Shown: positions 28,986-39,562, counted from the first letter of the stretch. The stretch: 64,000 nucleotides of DNA from an uncultured bacterium (GCA_964619725.1 CAZUFC010000003.1:49763-113762); one strand, 5' to 3'. The notes: generated by a model not told the origin, from the sequence alone. Program-made: numbers and translations.

Positions 28986-30971
28986 CTATCCGTAGGTCCT
29001 TTGAAAACTCACCACAAAGCGAGAGCCTCCTTTTTTAGGGGTATGGAGCTGGATATCGGCGTGATGCAAATCCAATATTTTTTGAACGAAATTCAATCCC
29101 ATACCGGTTTTTCCCCGGGATGGGTCAAGTCTTTGGAACGCTTGAAAAACCTTTTCGTGATATTCATCAGGAATGCCCTGTCCGTTGTCTTCCACCCAGA
29201 GCTGGTAACTGTTTTCTGAGAGCCCGGCCCCGATGAGGATTCTGGGTTTTTCTGTTTCGCCCATGTGAATGCAGGAGTTTTCGATAAGATGAAAAAGCAC
29301 TTTATAGATGCGGTTTTTCTCGCCGTTTATAAAATTAAATTTTCCGCGCTTTTCAAAGCTTATTCCGGGATATTTATCTTTGAATTCTCTGAGAAGACGA
29401 TCGACCATCTCGTTCAAATCAATAACCTGGCGTTTTTCCCGGACGGTGCTGATCCTGTAATATTCCGCCAGGTCTCTGACCACATTGTTGATATGACCTA
29501 AATTATACCGGATGCGATCGGAAAGAAAAGCAGCGTCAGCATCATTCTCCATTTCGACGTGGTCGAAAAACATATGGATCAATCCGTCCAGAGAAACCAG
29601 AGGATTTTTCAAATCGTGGGAAATTCCCGATATAAAATCTTCTAATTCTTTATTTTTTGCCTTTATCAAAACCCTGCTTTCGCTCAACTTGTCGCTTAAA
29701 CCGTTAATTTCCTTCAGGTAAGATTTTATTTCATGACGCGAATCATTTAATTTTTTTTGCGTTGAAAAAAAACGTTCCAGGGCCCAGCTTTCAACATAAG
29801 CCATTCCGATTATCGGCGTCAGTTTTCCCAAAAAATTGAGCTGTTCTTTCGTAAGCTTTTCGGGGCCCGGCTGGATCAATATGCACATTCTTATGTCGTC
29901 CGATTTATGCCACGGCTGTAACGCAAGTCTCGGCATACTTTCATCCGCTCGATCTTCTTCAGTTTCTCCATTTTTATTGACTGCCGGTTCCTGTATAAGT
30001 TGCAGGGAGTCCATGCCAAGTCCGAAAGCAGCCTTTTCCAGGAGAAACTCTCTGGTTGATCCGTCCAGCGAATTTATCTCACGCTTGTTGGCGCATTGAA
30101 GAGGTTCCTGGCCGTACCTGAAGAAAATCATGACTCTTTTCGCCCGAAAAAATCGCTTGAGATATTCAGAAGCATATATTGCCCGGGCGCTAGCCGGATT
30201 CCTTTTAAGAAGATTTCTGACCAGGTGCAGAGTTTCCGATAATTCTTTCCCCTTTTCCTTCAGGCCCTCTTCAACATCTCCCGCTTCCTCAGGCGTTCCT
30301 ATACACAGTATACTCACGTCATTCTCATCAACGGCCGTTCGAAAAAACCATTTCACCATCTTCGTGGTATCATCGCCTTGCATCATCGGCAGCGTTATTT
30401 GTACCGTTTCATCAGCTTCAGTGTTCCAGAGTCTTCGCAGAGGAATATTAGGAATTATTTTTCTGACGGTTTCGTTTCTCAGACGCTCATTCGTCCAGTT
30501 CCCCGATTCAAGAAAATAGTTGTTCCAGTAACTGATTTTATTCGGTTTTTTGATTACAAGGATCGGTTCGGGTATCTGGTCCCAATATGTCCTGAAGAAG
30601 TCTGTTTTTCTTTTAAAAAAGTCTATCTTGCGTTTGTTGATTCTGTCGCGCTTTATTTTTTCTTTTAAATTTTTCTGAATGATGAGAGTGCCGAGATAAT
30701 AGAAGATCAGCCGAAAAAGAGCCGGAAGGAAGAATTCCAGGTATACGTTTACATTCGGGCGGCGTAATGCAGAATTGATTGAATATCCCGACCACGAAAG
30801 ATCGAAAATTATCAATATGAAAAGAAAAAGAAAATAAGAGCGATAAAGTTTTCTGTCAGAACTCGTTGTCGGAACGAAACCGCGACTCAGCCTTAGAATG
30901 AATCGTCCCAGGCAGATCAGGATTCCGACATAAGAAAGAATAAGAAAAGCAAGAGGAAACAAAATATTCAT
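28986..30971 (-). CDS. Membrane sensor histidine kinase
   Basis: Three N-terminal TMs, PAS/GAF-like middle, H-box ISHDLKNPL, DNGQGI, FQAFQRL, GMGL. Confidence 0.9.
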   Translation of the reverse strand: MNILFPLAFLILSYVGILICLGRFILRLSRGFVPTTSSDRKLYRSYFLFLFILIIFDLSWSGYSINSALRRPNVNVYLEFFLPALFRLIFYYLGTLIIQKNLKEKIKRDRINKRKIDFFKRKTDFFRTYWDQIPEPILVIKKPNKISYWNNYFLESGNWTNERLRNETVRKIIPNIPLRRLWNTEADETVQITLPMMQGDDTTKMVKWFFRTAVDENDVSILCIGTPEEAGDVEEGLKEKGKELSETLHLVRNLLKRNPASARAIYASEYLKRFFRAKRVMIFFRYGQEPLQCANKREINSLDGSTREFLLEKAAFGLGMDSLQLIQEPAVNKNGETEEDRADESMPRLALQPWHKSDDIRMCILIQPGPEKLTKEQLNFLGKLTPIIGMAYVESWALERFFSTQKKLNDSRHEIKSYLKEINGLSDKLSESRVLIKAKNKELEDFISGISHDLKNPLVSLDGLIHMFFDHVEMENDADAAFLSDRIRYNLGHINNVVRDLAEYYRISTVREKRQVIDLNEMVDRLLREFKDKYPGISFEKRGKFNFINGEKNRIYKVLFHLIENSCIHMGETEKPRILIGAGLSENSYQLWVEDNGQGIPDEYHEKVFQAFQRLDPSRGKTGMGLNFVQKILDLHHADIQLHTPKKGGSRFVVSFQRTYG

Positions 30972-31119
30972 TTTTGATGCGACTCTATATCTGAATATTG
31001 CAAAAGGCTGCGCTTGCCCGGAGGCTATGATTTTCTAGCGTATTTCGAATGTTCCTGGGAACTTTTTGAAACCGATTGCCCGCGCAATTTTAACGCTGAG
31101 ACGACAGCATAAAATAGGT

Positions 31120-32112
31120 TTATTCCGCTTCCGCAGCCACCGTCGCCGCACTTTTCTGGATTCGTTGAGAAAACCACCCGCCCGTATAGCCGTCAAGCGC
31201 CGCTGTGAGTTCCTCTATCTTTAATTCATTCTTTATCCTGACTTCCAAACGCGCTCCGGGGTTCATGATAACGTCGATCAGTATCCGCTTCCTGTCAAAA
31301 TAAAGTTTCGTAACTTCTTCGAGTATATCTTCCCTTAACTCAACCAGGTCTTCTGATTCATTCGCTACCCGAAGCATATCGGAGTTGAACACAAAATCGT
31401 CCAAATCCCAGGTGAACTGAAATTGCAGTTCCCAATCGTCATCCGTATCTTCTCTCTTAGTAATATCGTCGGGTCCGATTACGACATTTCCCGTACTGGA
31501 CGAGATGCTGATGTTAGTGCGTCTTTGATATGAGCGGTCCATTTCCGTGTCGCGGTCCAGGGTAAACTTGAACCTGGGAAGCAGCGCTTTGTTTTTTGAA
31601 TTCCGGTACCAGCGACGAATGCGAGACGGATCAATATCGGCATATCTCAGGACAGCGCGATGCACTTCGTCTATACCCGGTTCACCCTCAAAATGCTGAA
31701 AAACTTCTTCCAGGGTCATTTGAGGTTCAGGCGTGGGCATTGGAAGAACTTCTTTTTCCTCCATGGAAGGTTCATAAGGTTCCGCTTCCGCTTCCTCTTT
31801 CTCCTCCATTTCAGGCTTCTTTTCAGCCTCAGCAGCAGGCTCGCCGGCAGTGATTAACTCCCTGAGTTTTTCGAGCGTTTTTTCTCCTATCCCTGGTACA
31901 TCTGTCAGTTGTTCTATACTGCTGAACGCCCCGTGTTCCTGTCTGTAATTGATTATTTTTTGCGCAGTCGCAGGTCCTATCCCGGGTAAAGTGGTAAGTT
32001 CCTCAATCCCCGCCGTGTTTATATTCACCGCTCCGTAAGTTGAACTGACAGCAAAAATGATAATCATCGAAAAAAGCAGATTTGCAATTCCAACGAGTCG
32101 GCTATGCTTCAT
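31120..32112 (-). CDS. Secreted ComEA-type helix-hairpin-helix protein fused to a TolC-like single-repeat domain
   Basis: Signal peptide; VNINTAGIEELTTLPGIGPATAQKII..R...G.FSSIEQL.DVPGIGEKT (ComEA); acidic/Pro linker; ~185-aa C-terminal domain paralogous to that of 32207-33817. Confidence 0.85.
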   Translation of the reverse strand: MKHSRLVGIANLLFSMIIIFAVSSTYGAVNINTAGIEELTTLPGIGPATAQKIINYRQEHGAFSSIEQLTDVPGIGEKTLEKLRELITAGEPAAEAEKKPEMEEKEEAEAEPYEPSMEEKEVLPMPTPEPQMTLEEVFQHFEGEPGIDEVHRAVLRYADIDPSRIRRWYRNSKNKALLPRFKFTLDRDTEMDRSYQRRTNISISSSTGNVVIGPDDITKREDTDDDWELQFQFTWDLDDFVFNSDMLRVANESEDLVELREDILEEVTKLYFDRKRILIDVIMNPGARLEVRIKNELKIEELTAALDGYTGGWFSQRIQKSAATVAAEAE

Positions 32113-32206
32113 GACTAGCTACTCTCCTTTCAAAAAAAAACGGCCATAGCTTTTATTTTGCGATTCCGGAAATGTGCTGAGAACCGAAATCCTTTCATTA
32201 CTTGTA

Positions 32207-33817
32207 TTATTCATTAACATTGACGTAACTCGAAAAAAAGCCCCCTGTCAAGTTATCGATTCGAGCTGAAGTTTCCTCAATTTCTAAAGCCAGCAGAATC
32301 CGTTCTTCCATCGAAATAGTTTTTTCGTTTTCCTTGTAAGAGGTTATAAGTTTTTTCCTTTCGCTGTATAGCTGAAGAACAGTTGCTGAAATTTCACGTT
32401 CTCTGTCCGATAAATGCCTTATCAACTTTGCAGTCCGGGGTAAATCCCTGTTGAAAAGCAATTCGCCCGGATTCCATACCAGGCTGACCTGAAAACTATA
32501 TGCTTCCTGCTCCGTTTCGTCATAGTCGATTTGATCAGGGCCCAGGACCACTGTTCCATCGCTGGAAATCCCCAGACTGTTTTCTATGCTGAGCGATTTT
32601 GTTTTTTTATCGCTGTAGTCAAAAGTAATCTTTAATGAGGGGAGATAGCGGCTTCTCGACGCGTTTTTCAGCCAGCGACGGTTTTTGTTCGGAGATAAAT
32701 CATAGAACTGGAGCGCCGCCATCTGAATTTGCCTGCCTGAAGGTTCTTCGAAAGCTGTTTCGTCGTTTTCCGGCAACCTGGAGGAAAAGAATCTCGTTTT
32801 TGTATTGACGAGCCTCTCTTCTCGAAACTGGAAAATTCCTCGATTCGTCGCAGCCAATATATGTTCATCGGCTTTAAAGGCGAGGTCGTTTATTGTAATT
32901 CCACGGTCGATTTTCGTTGTGACCGACCATTCTCCTTTTTTAGCATCATATGAGTAAATTTCACCTTTATCCGTGACTGCCGCCACGCCCAGACTCTCAG
33001 AATCAGCATGCAATGACTGAAGGCAATTCAAGCCGGCAATCCGGTTCCACGTCGAACCTTGGTCCCCGGAGTAAAAAACATCACCGTCAGATGCCGCCAG
33101 ATAGTAGTTCTCCTTCAGACAATCGAACGCTTTTATTTCATCCATTCCCAGGTCCTGAGCATACAATATCCTTTCGAAACTCAGATGCGGACGCTCCGTT
33201 CTGTATAGTCCTTCAGAAGTGACGATAAGAATTTCGCCTTTTTCTCTATGAGCTATAATCCTGTGAAATTTCTCCCGCTCGGAAAACCGGATTAGCGGAC
33301 GCCTTATATTTTCTTCACCGGTCATTATCTCCCAGGCTTCTCTCCCGTTCGCCGCTAATAAAGACGTTCCCGATACGATCAAAATGTCGCTTATGCTTTT
33401 TTCCCTCGCTGTTTCCCGCGCCCAGGTCACTCCCATATCGCTGCTCATGATAATGCCTTTGTCCGTCACGCAACACAAAAGTCCGGAATCCGGATCGAAA
33501 GAATATGAAACCGGCTTCGCACACACTGATGCATCCTCCCCAGGATAGACAACCCTCCATTTCATATCCCCGGACGCGCTCATTAACACTCTGTCACGCG
33601 TTAACGCAATTATGATTTCTTCGTCACCATGACGGATCATCTCAAGCGACAGCATTTCCCGCACAAAAAAACCGGGAGTTCTGGAACTCCAGGAAGATTG
33701 CGCTTTATCGACGATCCCGTTCGACGAAAGGATAAAAACCAGGGAAAAAATGAAAATAACGCGGCGAAATAAACATGATATCCTGAAAAAATTCAAAATA
33801 CTAATTGGATGATCCAT
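32207..33817 (-). CDS. Secreted Asp-box (BNR/YCF48-like) beta-propeller fused to a TolC-like single-repeat domain
   Basis: SSDMGVTW, SGDQGSTW Asp-box motifs; C-terminal EPS..QIQ.AAL...W...LP...W....LF...LY.ERK...IEE..A.ID.LTGG.FS. Confidence 0.75.
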   Translation of the reverse strand: MDHPISILNFFRISCLFRRVIFIFSLVFILSSNGIVDKAQSSWSSRTPGFFVREMLSLEMIRHGDEEIIIALTRDRVLMSASGDMKWRVVYPGEDASVCAKPVSYSFDPDSGLLCCVTDKGIIMSSDMGVTWARETAREKSISDILIVSGTSLLAANGREAWEIMTGEENIRRPLIRFSEREKFHRIIAHREKGEILIVTSEGLYRTERPHLSFERILYAQDLGMDEIKAFDCLKENYYLAASDGDVFYSGDQGSTWNRIAGLNCLQSLHADSESLGVAAVTDKGEIYSYDAKKGEWSVTTKIDRGITINDLAFKADEHILAATNRGIFQFREERLVNTKTRFFSSRLPENDETAFEEPSGRQIQMAALQFYDLSPNKNRRWLKNASRSRYLPSLKITFDYSDKKTKSLSIENSLGISSDGTVVLGPDQIDYDETEQEAYSFQVSLVWNPGELLFNRDLPRTAKLIRHLSDREREISATVLQLYSERKKLITSYKENEKTISMEERILLALEIEETSARIDNLTGGFFSSYVNVNE

Positions 33818-33845
33818 TCGTATTGGTCCCGGTGTTGCTAAGGGT

Positions 33846-33889
33846 AACTAACATTACTAAAACTAACATTTTAATCCATTAAATGTCAA
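33846..33889 (-). promoter_or_regulatory. sigma70-type promoter with direct-repeat (AACTAACATT x2) operator candidate
   Basis: Minus-strand TTGACA at 33884-33889; AACTAACATT at 33846-33855 and 33861-33870 over the -10/+1 region. Confidence 0.45.
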
Positions 33890-33949
33890 GACTCGAAAAA
33901 AAGTTCCGCGTTGCCGTCGGGAGCAGTGCGGTAATGAAGCTGAAGATGT

Positions 33950-35590
33950 TTATGGGTAATAAGTTTGAGGCGGATAAGGCGAATCGGTCTGGTCCTGCAA
34001 GGCTGGAGTCTGTGGATAAGGCGCATGAATTATTTTTTCTTTTTCAGAGCGTGATTCGCCTTCACTTACGACTCTTATCGCGGCCCTTGTTTTAAGCGGG
34101 CATTTATTTTCACAGATTCCGCACCCGATACAGCGATCATATTCGACCTCAGGCAGAAACAGAGTTTTTTTTCTACCGTTTCTCAGAACGATTTCGTCTT
34201 TTTTAAACCAGATGGCTTTCGGCGAAACGGGACAGTGTTCCTCGCATACGATGCAGGGAATCCCCCGGGCGTATGGTATGCAAATATTTTTATCAATAAA
34301 GGCTTTGCCGATAATGTTTTTTTTCTTTTCTTCCTTCGTAAGGGACTGAAGTGCGCCGGTGGGGCAAATTTGCCCGCAAAGGGTGCAATTATATTCGCAA
34401 TACCCGATACGCGGCACCAGAATGGGCGTCCAAATTCCTCGAATTCCGGCATCGATCAGAGAGGGTTGAACGGCATTGGTGGGACAAATTTTCATGCAGG
34501 CGCCGCAACGAATGCATATATCCAGAAATTTTTCTTCTTCAAGCGCTCCCGGAGGCCTGATGCGTTTAGGCTGGATTTCTTTTCCTGCTATTTTTTCGCT
34601 GAGGAAAAAACTCAGCAGAAAAGATGATGCGACGGAAACGAGGAAAGAACGTTTGGTCAGGTCAATAGGGTGGACTTTGGATTTCCATGGAGGCGTCAGA
34701 CGGAATTTTACCGCATCATCGGGACATGCGGCATTGCAGTCCATACACATGAAACATTCCGAAGGCCTCCATGCTTCCTCTCCTGATCCCGGTTCAGCTC
34801 CGCTCATGCAGGGGGATTCGCATAACCCGCATTTTCTGCAATTGGTTTTTTCAACCCGCCTGAGCCAGCTCCATCTGGAAAAAAGACCCAACAAGGCGCC
34901 GAGAGGACAGATGAAACGGCACCAGAACCTGGGTATGACGAAATTGAGGCCGGCCAGGATAAGAAAGAACAGAAGAAGAATCCAGGAAAATCTGAACAGA
35001 GGCTGATGAAAAGAAAGATAATGATCTTTCAGGAAGCTGTATGCAGGTTCCGAGATGCCGGTTATTAGGCCTATGTCGGTTTCATAGAGAGCATCGAAGA
35101 AAGCCCTGAAGCCGTAATTTATCATCGGGTTGACTGCGACGGTTAATGACCTGAGAAAAATGCTTATCGGATCAAATATTCCGACGATTGAGGTAGAAAA
35201 AAACGCGGTGATCAGGAGGAACGCAAGAAAATAATATTTGAATTTTTGCGTCGGCCTGTAACTCGCCGCCGATTTCTTGTTCCGGGTTTTCTCCGCTATA
35301 AACGAAATGCCGTGGAAAGTCGTACCGAGGGGACAAATCCATCCGCAAAAAATCCGCCCCAGAAAAAGAGTGACAAGAATAAGAAAAAGAGAGAGAAAAA
35401 CGCCGGGGATGAGGAAATCCGCAACGCGGTGCAGGCTTATAACGGAAGAAAACAGAACCAGAGGATTTAGTTGCGGGAGCAGTTCTATCGATATGCCGAG
35501 TTGATCGTTTCCCCGATATTCTGCGCCGGCGAATAAAAGAATGAAAAGTATGAGAAAAAGGATTTGGGAAGCAAGCCTGAGACGAGCCAT
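33950..35590 (-). CDS. Membrane 4Fe-4S polyferredoxin (NapH/MauN-like + NapG/MauM-like)
   Basis: GRIFCGWICPLG, RFWCRFICPLG, IRPPGA, multiple CxxCxxCxxxCP motifs. Confidence 0.9.
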   Translation of the reverse strand: MARLRLASQILFLILFILLFAGAEYRGNDQLGISIELLPQLNPLVLFSSVISLHRVADFLIPGVFLSLFLILVTLFLGRIFCGWICPLGTTFHGISFIAEKTRNKKSAASYRPTQKFKYYFLAFLLITAFFSTSIVGIFDPISIFLRSLTVAVNPMINYGFRAFFDALYETDIGLITGISEPAYSFLKDHYLSFHQPLFRFSWILLLFFLILAGLNFVIPRFWCRFICPLGALLGLFSRWSWLRRVEKTNCRKCGLCESPCMSGAEPGSGEEAWRPSECFMCMDCNAACPDDAVKFRLTPPWKSKVHPIDLTKRSFLVSVASSFLLSFFLSEKIAGKEIQPKRIRPPGALEEEKFLDICIRCGACMKICPTNAVQPSLIDAGIRGIWTPILVPRIGYCEYNCTLCGQICPTGALQSLTKEEKKKNIIGKAFIDKNICIPYARGIPCIVCEEHCPVSPKAIWFKKDEIVLRNGRKKTLFLPEVEYDRCIGCGICENKCPLKTRAAIRVVSEGESRSEKEKIIHAPYPQTPALQDQTDSPYPPQTYYP

Positions 35591-36525
35591 TATGAATTGA
35601 TTTTAATATCCTTGAAGTTCATGTCCCTGAAGTCGGTTTTTCCGTAGCCTCTTTTTTCAGCAATTTGCAAATACTCAGGCATGGAAGATTTGTCTGAAAA
35701 AAGTTCTGTTCCGCAGGCGTCGACGGCAATCTGATCCGTTCCGGCGACAAGCGTAGTCGCTTTTTTGACGTCCGATTCGTTTCCCCCCGTAGGACCGTTT
35801 CGGAAAAGTATGCGGTAGGCATCCAGAATGGTCAGAGCGGGTTTGAAATATCCGGCAAGGTCTGCCAGACAGTGATCCATATTACGATGAAGATAGCCGC
35901 GATTTCCGCCCAGAACGCCCATCCAGTTTTTGACGGCCATGGTCAAACCGGCCAGGGAATGATGCTTGGCGATGGGCACGTTGATGACTTTATCCGCCTC
36001 GATTATTTCTTTATAAACAGGCCATTTCGATAAACACGTTCCGCTGAAGTCAACCTCGGCGTATTTTCTGTCGTCGACATAGGAAACTTCTCCGTCAACC
36101 TTCTTCACGGCATCGGCGATCCCGCTCGAGCTGTAACACCTTCTTGCGTCCATGCATGTCCTGTCGAAAACTTTGACTTTTCGCGCCCCCGCCTCGTAAG
36201 CCGCTTCCACCACCGCTGCAGTCAGTATCGGATTAGTATTTGCCGCCTGTTCCGGCGTCCTGTCCCAGCCGATGTTGGGCTTCACTACCACTATATCGCC
36301 CCGCTTGACGAACCTTCCCATTCCGCCTAATTCCGACAGCGTTCGAGCAAGCAGCTTCTTTATGGAATCCTCACCGGAAACTCGGACGATTTGAACCCCT
36401 GAAAGTCCACTCCCGGCTTTTCCCTGTGCCAAGGAATTTCCAATATCGAAAATCAAAGGATAAGCCGCGCAGCCGCAACCTATCGCCGCCAATTTCCGTA
36501 AAGCATCGCGTCGGGTTATATCCAT
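35590..36525 (-). CDS. Tat-exported DUF362 family protein
   Basis: TRRDAL Tat motif; VVVKPNI, TNP, INVPIAKHH, TMAVKN; TAATG overlap with the ferredoxin gene. Confidence 0.88.
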   Translation of the reverse strand: MDITRRDALRKLAAIGCGCAAYPLIFDIGNSLAQGKAGSGLSGVQIVRVSGEDSIKKLLARTLSELGGMGRFVKRGDIVVVKPNIGWDRTPEQAANTNPILTAAVVEAAYEAGARKVKVFDRTCMDARRCYSSSGIADAVKKVDGEVSYVDDRKYAEVDFSGTCLSKWPVYKEIIEADKVINVPIAKHHSLAGLTMAVKNWMGVLGGNRGYLHRNMDHCLADLAGYFKPALTILDAYRILFRNGPTGGNESDVKKATTLVAGTDQIAVDACGTELFSDKSSMPEYLQIAEKRGYGKTDFRDMNFKDIKINS

Positions 36526-36713
36526 TTTTTTTCTCCCTTTTGAGATTTTGTCGTTCTTAACGCCGGCTCATGCCGTCCAACATCTACTTGTACTAGCAGA
36601 AACAACGCAAAAAATGAAGCCGATTCCTTCCTGCCCACGGCTCATGTCCCGCTCCGGCTTTTATGAACTCCCTTTTCAGTGTCGGACATGCTTCCAGGGA
36701 GACTCCACGTTTC

Positions 36714-36742
36714 TTGACTTCCCGCAGGAAATCCTGTAAAAA
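36714..36742 (+). promoter_or_regulatory. sigma70-type promoter of clpX
   Basis: TTGACT-17 nt-TAAAAC. Confidence 0.5.
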
Positions 36743-36819
36743 CAAAGCAGAAGTGGGTGGAGAATCGCCGGATTCTTTGCAGTCGAAGCGAAGTAGGAAT
36801 TTAAGGAGATAAAAGATTC

Positions 36820-38061
36820 ATGAGCAGGAAAAATGAGGGTTATACTCGATGTTCTTTTTGCGGAAAAACAAAGGATCAAGTTCGCAAGATGCTGGCAGGG
36901 CCTACAGTTTGCATCTGTAATGAATGCATTCAGCTTTGTTATGAAATAGTCTATCAGGATGAATTGAATAATAAAGATTCTATTCCTGAAACGCATGTCC
37001 TTCCGAAACCGATAGAAATAAAAAATTTTCTGGATCAATACGTCATCGGGCAGGAAAAAGCCAAACGAATTCTGTCTGTCGCTGTTCATAATCATTACAA
37101 ACGGATAGAAGCGAATTACAATTGCGGGGACGTCGAACTTGAAAAAAGCAATATCATGCTGATCGGACCTTCCGGAAGCGGAAAAACCCTTCTGGCTCAA
37201 TGCCTGGCAAAAATATTGGATGTCCCTTTCGCCATAGCCGATGCCACAACCCTTACCGAAGCGGGTTATGTGGGCGAAGACGTCGAAACCATTCTGCTGA
37301 AATTGATACAATCTGCCGGAGGCAATATCGCACGAGCTGAAAAAGGGATTATTTATGTAGATGAAATTGATAAAGTAAGCAGGAAAAGCGAAAACGTTTC
37401 CATTACGCGAGACGTTTCCGGAGAAGGCGTTCAGCAGGCTCTGTTAAAAATTATCGAGGGAACGATGGCTTCCGTTCCGCCTCAGGGAGGCAGAAAGCAC
37501 CCCCACCAGGAAACTTACCAGATCAATACCGCCAATATACTTTTCATCGTCGGCGGCGCTTTCTGCTCACTCGATAAAATAATAGAAAAGAGGATCAATA
37601 CAAAGGTTATGGGATTCGGCGCCGATATTCAAAGTAAAACGGACAGGCCGCTGGGGGCTGTTTTAGCCCATGTGCAGCCCCAGGACCTTATCCAATACGG
37701 ATTGATCCCGGAATTCGTGGGTCGCGTACCCATAATTGCGCCGTTGCATGAGCTGACGGAATTGAATTTAGTGCAGATATTGAAAGAACCCAAAAATTCC
37801 CTGGTGAAACAATATGAAAAATTATTCGACTTCGAAAACGTCAAACTGAAATTTACCCAGGAGGCTCTCATGGAAATAGCCAAGGAAGCCCACAAAAGGG
37901 ACCTGGGGGCCAGAGGTTTGAAGGCGGTGATGGAAGAAGTTATGCTGGATATTATGTTTGAATTGCCGTCAAAGGAATTAGTCGATACCTGCCTTATCAA
38001 CAAGGGCGTGATCAATGGCGAAGAAAAACCGATCCTTGAATATAAACACGCTGCGGGATAA
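36820..38061 (+). CDS. clpX: ATP-dependent Clp protease ATP-binding subunit ClpX
   Basis: C4 zinc finger [36 protein letters not shown] loop, GARGL. Confidence 0.97.
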   Translation: MSRKNEGYTRCSFCGKTKDQVRKMLAGPTVCICNECIQLCYEIVYQDELNNKDSIPETHVLPKPIEIKNFLDQYVIGQEKAKRILSVAVHNHYKRIEANYNCGDVELEKSNIMLIGPSGSGKTLLAQCLAKILDVPFAIADATTLTEAGYVGEDVETILLKLIQSAGGNIARAEKGIIYVDEIDKVSRKSENVSITRDVSGEGVQQALLKIIEGTMASVPPQGGRKHPHQETYQINTANILFIVGGAFCSLDKIIEKRINTKVMGFGADIQSKTDRPLGAVLAHVQPQDLIQYGLIPEFVGRVPIIAPLHELTELNLVQILKEPKNSLVKQYEKLFDFENVKLKFTQEALMEIAKEAHKRDLGARGLKAVMEEVMLDIMFELPSKELVDTCLINKGVINGEEKPILEYKHAAG

Positions 38062-38078
38062 TTCGGGTTAAAAAGTAA

Positions 38079-38118
38079 AAAAAAAGACCTGCGATTGAAG
38101 AATCGCAGGTCTTTTTTT
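38079..38118. terminator. Bidirectional intrinsic terminator
   Basis: AAAAAAAGACCTGCGATT-GAAG-AATCGCAGGTCTTTTTTT perfect stem between convergent genes. Confidence 0.9.
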
Positions 38119-38127
38119 ATCGGCTTA

Positions 38128-39402
38128 TCATTCCCAGCCGAACTGCACGTATCCGATTTCGCCGATCAAATGTTCGACGTCCAGGAATCCCTGGTTGAAC
38201 ATGGCGGCATAAAATTCCACGCAGCAGAACGAACCGGCTCCGGTAGGCCAGGTGAAATCAAGTATATCCAGCGTTTGATCGCTTCCCCCCGGCAGGCCTT
38301 GCGTCGTCCAGTCGATATTCTGCGTCCAGCCGGGATACCAGAAAATCTCGCTTCCCACCATCATCAGGATATAAAGATCAACGTCCACAGCCCCTTCGTT
38401 GTTGATCAGACGGCAATCAAGATTGAAAGGTTCCCCCGCGCTGAAAGTATCGTCGTTTAATGATAAATATGCTCCTGTCTCTTCAGGCGGCGGCGTCGGC
38501 GTCGGATCGGAACCGTTGTTGATGAAATAATTCACATCCATCGTCAACTCGTCTATCGTTATGTTCGTTCCCGATTCAGGATCATCGAAAGCCAGTTGCT
38601 GGATCGTCAAGCCCGAAAACCATAAATAGGATGGGGCATACCAGTAATTCTGGAACATCTCCGAACCGGGAGCCGTATCCGTCGCTACGGCCTTGTATGA
38701 AAATTCTCCGTTCTTCGTTTCCGTCCCTACCGTCTCGGCATCCAAAACAAAATCTGTCGAAATGTCGAATTCTTCGCTGATCGGATCGATAGGCATACCA
38801 GGAATGTCAAGCTCCGCTCCTATCATTCCGTATGCGTATACAGTCATGTTTACATTCCACGTATCTCCTACGTTCGGCTCCATCTGGATGTTCACGAAAG
38901 GCGGCACATAATCCTCGCTCTCCTCAAGCGAAAAAGAACCTACGTTCACGAATCCTCCCCCGAAATCAGCTTCAAGGTCTCCGGAAATCACTCTTTTTCT
39001 CATCACAGATGCCAAATCCGCAGTCCTTACCCAAAACTCGCCGTTTATACTCGCTCCCTGTATCCGGGCGGGCGTCTCCGGCAATGGCGGATATGTCACG
39101 GAACCCGTTGCGTCCGCCGTCCCTGTATAGGTCACGACATATACTTCATGCGAACCTCCGCCGTGATTCATCGCCTTCGTTTCTATCGAACTCACCGTAA
39201 AAGTATTTCCGGATGCGGTGAAATCCAGACTGAAACTGCCGTCAGCCTTCTCATCAAATGAAAATTCTCCTGATGCCCTCAGTACCTGATCGATTCCATA
39301 TTCATTTCCTACCGTCCATACAGGCACCGTCGCAGATGCCCAAGGCGCCGCATTCATCAAAAAAATGATGCCCGACAATGCTAAAAGCGTTCTCCTCAAC
39401 AT
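38128..39402 (-). CDS. Secreted hypothetical protein with PTPTPP linker and C-terminal accessory domain
   Basis: Signal peptide (ASA|T), SD GGAGG before ATG 39402; C-terminal ~115 aa similar to that of 22760-23995. Confidence 0.8.
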   Translation of the reverse strand: MLRRTLLALSGIIFLMNAAPWASATVPVWTVGNEYGIDQVLRASGEFSFDEKADGSFSLDFTASGNTFTVSSIETKAMNHGGGSHEVYVVTYTGTADATGSVTYPPLPETPARIQGASINGEFWVRTADLASVMRKRVISGDLEADFGGGFVNVGSFSLEESEDYVPPFVNIQMEPNVGDTWNVNMTVYAYGMIGAELDIPGMPIDPISEEFDISTDFVLDAETVGTETKNGEFSYKAVATDTAPGSEMFQNYWYAPSYLWFSGLTIQQLAFDDPESGTNITIDELTMDVNYFINNGSDPTPTPPPEETGAYLSLNDDTFSAGEPFNLDCRLINNEGAVDVDLYILMMVGSEIFWYPGWTQNIDWTTQGLPGGSDQTLDILDFTWPTGAGSFCCVEFYAAMFNQGFLDVEHLIGEIGYVQFGWE

Positions 39403-39533
39403 TCCAAAACCTCCCTTGTAATTCGTAAAAAATTGATTATTCCTCATACTTCCGAACGAATCAAATCTATTATAAATCTCATCACTCCCCTCATCTTCCG
39501 GATTAATTGTACTGAACCTTGTGTTCCTGAATC

Positions 39534-39562
39534 TTCATACCACCCCGGAGCCGCTTTGTCAA
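39534..39562 (-). promoter_or_regulatory. sigma70-type promoter
   Basis: Minus strand TTGACA-17 nt-TATGAA with extended TG. Confidence 0.55.

Noticed and set aside
28986-30971. Bacteriophytochrome (because of the Rcp1-like partner)
   Set aside because: No PASDIP/chromophore Cys or PHY motifs; N-terminus is transmembrane.
36676-37311. 211-aa minus-strand ORF
   Set aside because: Antisense shadow of clpX.
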